A stretch of DNA of 63,325 nt, the filler included, from Octopus bimaculoides (taxonomy: Eukaryota): assembly GCF_001194135.2 (NCBI RefSeq). It is 6 parts of 6 records of this genome, joined end to end, with 100 filler letters (N's around TTAATTAATTAA, not from the genome) between each part and the next. Parts side by side here need not be neighbours in the genome. Positions count along the whole stretch, not along the records: positions 60,503 to 63,325 come from NC_068992.1; 5 more parts are not named here. One strand, written 5' to 3'. Each line of letters begins with the position of its first letter. The stretch's first letter is position 1. This document shows positions 61,057 to 63,325 of the stretch, in pieces. The position numbers and the translations under genes were made by a program. The notes below the pieces were generated by a model that was not told where the DNA came from, searched no databases, and worked only from the letters and a program-made list of their open reading frames with translations.

Positions 61057-63325
61057 CGAGAGAGAGAACAGCAATTTTGAGAGAGTCGGTAAGTCAATAA
61101 CATTGACTTCAGTGCTCAACTGTTACTTTCCTTTTTAGTCCTCAAAGCATGAAAGACAACGTCGATCTCGGTGGAATTTGAACTTAAAACGTGAAAAAGG
61201 ACGAAATGCCGCTTAGCATTTGTCCCGGTGTGCGAATGATTCTGCCAGCTCACAGCTTTAAGGTTAATTAATATTACTATGGATTAAGAAACTAATGAGA
61301 ATCTGAGACTGAGCCGCAAATGTCTACTATAAAAACGAAATTAACAGGCAAAATCAGAACAGTAAGTGCTGCCCTCTAGGGACTTATTTTACTCTGTTAG
61401 CAGACATCGTACATTCCTGGTCCTTCATACAAGTTCTGATCCAGATTAACACAGGATCAAAGCTGAGAAATAGAAGCCTCTAAAGAAAGAAACTAAACAT
61501 CCTCACAAGAAATTCGAGTGTTGCGGAACAACATGGATGCATTGATTATAAATTTTTGCTTTCAAAAGAATTAAAAAGTATCTGAACGTGGCTGGAGCAG
61601 GACTCGATATATGAAGAGAGGTAAACTGAAACTGCTAGTTACGTAGTTCTCTGTTCCACTGATTCTGTCACTAGACCGCCATTAAAAATAGTTATTACTA
61701 AAAATGAATCTGCTCTTGACTTGCCAACTGTAAGGTCTTCTATTATATTTTGAATACCACAAATATAGAAAGTAAAACAATACGTATTTGGTTTCCAATT
61801 ATCTCGTAGAATTTGCAGGCATTCTTCTTTATGTGGCTGTAATGGAACTGAAATAGAATTCAGAAAAAGACAAACATCCACTTCCCGTGCACTTCTTCCT
61901 GCAACTCCCCACCCCCTTCTGGCACAACACTTATTGTAATTCCCCACTTGCTATATTCACCACTTGCTGCATTCGCCCCACTGGCTGCAGTTACTGTGCA
62001 GTAGAGTGCAACACTTTTGGCAAAACATTTACCCGGAATTGCTAATTAAATGTTTAGATGTGTGAGACAACGTCTTGATATTCATTTTTAGAGGCTATAT
62101 AATTTCAGTGATGAGTGCCGGAGCAGCAGTTTTGTTCAGAAGCTCGGATGGTTTGTAACTGTAATTCAAAAGTTGTAGTCTGTGTCACGCTGGTTCTGTC
62201 TGAGAATTACGTCAAGAGCTCAGTTACTTACACTCTAATTCAAGGACAGATAATTGACTTATATAAACAACTGAATCTTCATCGGTGAACGACAGGGATT
62301 CAACCCCACAATCGTATAATAAATGATTCTCTACTTCATAGAGAATAAATCAATAGGTGTATGAGCAATTACGAGATCTTATACGTACATATGCACCTAC
62401 ATATATATCATAATGATGCATACACACATACATGCATGCATACATACATACATACAAACATATATAGAATATATATATATATGTTTTTGTATATGTATAT
62501 TTTTATGTTTAAAGAACCATGGTATTATTTATATATGATCAAATGTTTGGAGGTATGGTGTCATATATAAAGTCGTTGACTCGAATTTGATGTTTGTTCT
62601 ATGATCAATGTTTCTTTATCTCTGTTTCATTTACATTTGAGCACTTCTTTTTTGCAGTCCTATAAACCCTTTTGTTTCCATAAAAAGAGACAAAAATTAT
62701 TTCTTGTCGTATATATATATATATATATATATGAAAATGCACATACACTTAAAAAGTGAAGAGATTGCGTATTTTCTTTTGTTTATGATAAATCTATGAA
62801 AGCATCCACTGCTGTTATATATATATAAACGGCTCTGAAGCTGTAGTTACCGCACATAAATGAAAACATAAAATAACATGGACAATAATCGTCCGAAAAG
62901 AGCCGATCGAGAATTCGTAATACTGACGTCAGTTTCGGCAATTTCCGTGGGCTCATCGGTTAAGAAAGCTCGATTGTTCAGCTCCTTCCGGATTCTCTTC
63001 GCCATTACTATTTATGTTTTCATCATCCAAATTAATGGATGATTTAGCGATTCGCTAATATGTATTTATAAAATTAATATAAACAGCAGTTTGCAATGTT
63101 TCACCAAAAATGAGAATTATAATTGTCACTAAAAGTGACTAGAGTGTTAGGAAACAATTACATTGCTAGAAATAAGAGCTAAACGGCTCTAATGGTGTAG
63201 TTAACGCACATGAATGAAAACTTATACACTAAAAGGGGCTATAATTGATTATAGTGACAATTATAATTCCCCTTTTTGGTTAAATATTGCAAACTGCAGT
63301 TTATATTAAATATATATATATATAT

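Overview
AT-rich, gap-ridden, microsatellite-dense animal genomic DNA. The repeat families and the single-exon tandem C2H2 gene suggest an octopus (coleoid cephalopod) draft assembly; this is an inference. I can support only one intact protein-coding gene: a KRAB-less 22-finger C2H2 zinc-finger ORF (13641-15539, +). The rest is a layered transposon landscape. It holds at least four tRNA-derived SINE families (labelled A-D here), and decayed RTE, R4/Dong (restriction-like endonuclease) and Tx1/L1-clade LINE pieces. It also holds two kinds of Penelope-like GIY-YIG elements with hammerhead-ribozyme-like terminal motifs, Helitron fragments, nested hAT MITEs, a mariner MITE, and a degenerate Tc1 with inferred DD36E spacing. 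Other features are an interstitial (CCCTAA)n tract with 24-bp higher-order periodicity and a 52-bp minisatellite. I cannot claim a clearly new biological system. The most interesting signals are: (i) each retroelement class sits in its own microsatellite type, and the central microsatellite of SINE-A acts as a landing pad for nested insertions; (ii) hammerhead-like cores in Penelope termini; (iii) a 5'-inverted R4/Dong element; (iv) an inverted SINE pair apparently homogenised next to the hairpin loop; (v) a speculative pair of UBC/E2-like exons. Almost all other long ORFs in the track are artefacts of N-gaps or simple repeats. Repeat boundaries are read by eye and approximate unless a TSD or TIR is quoted.
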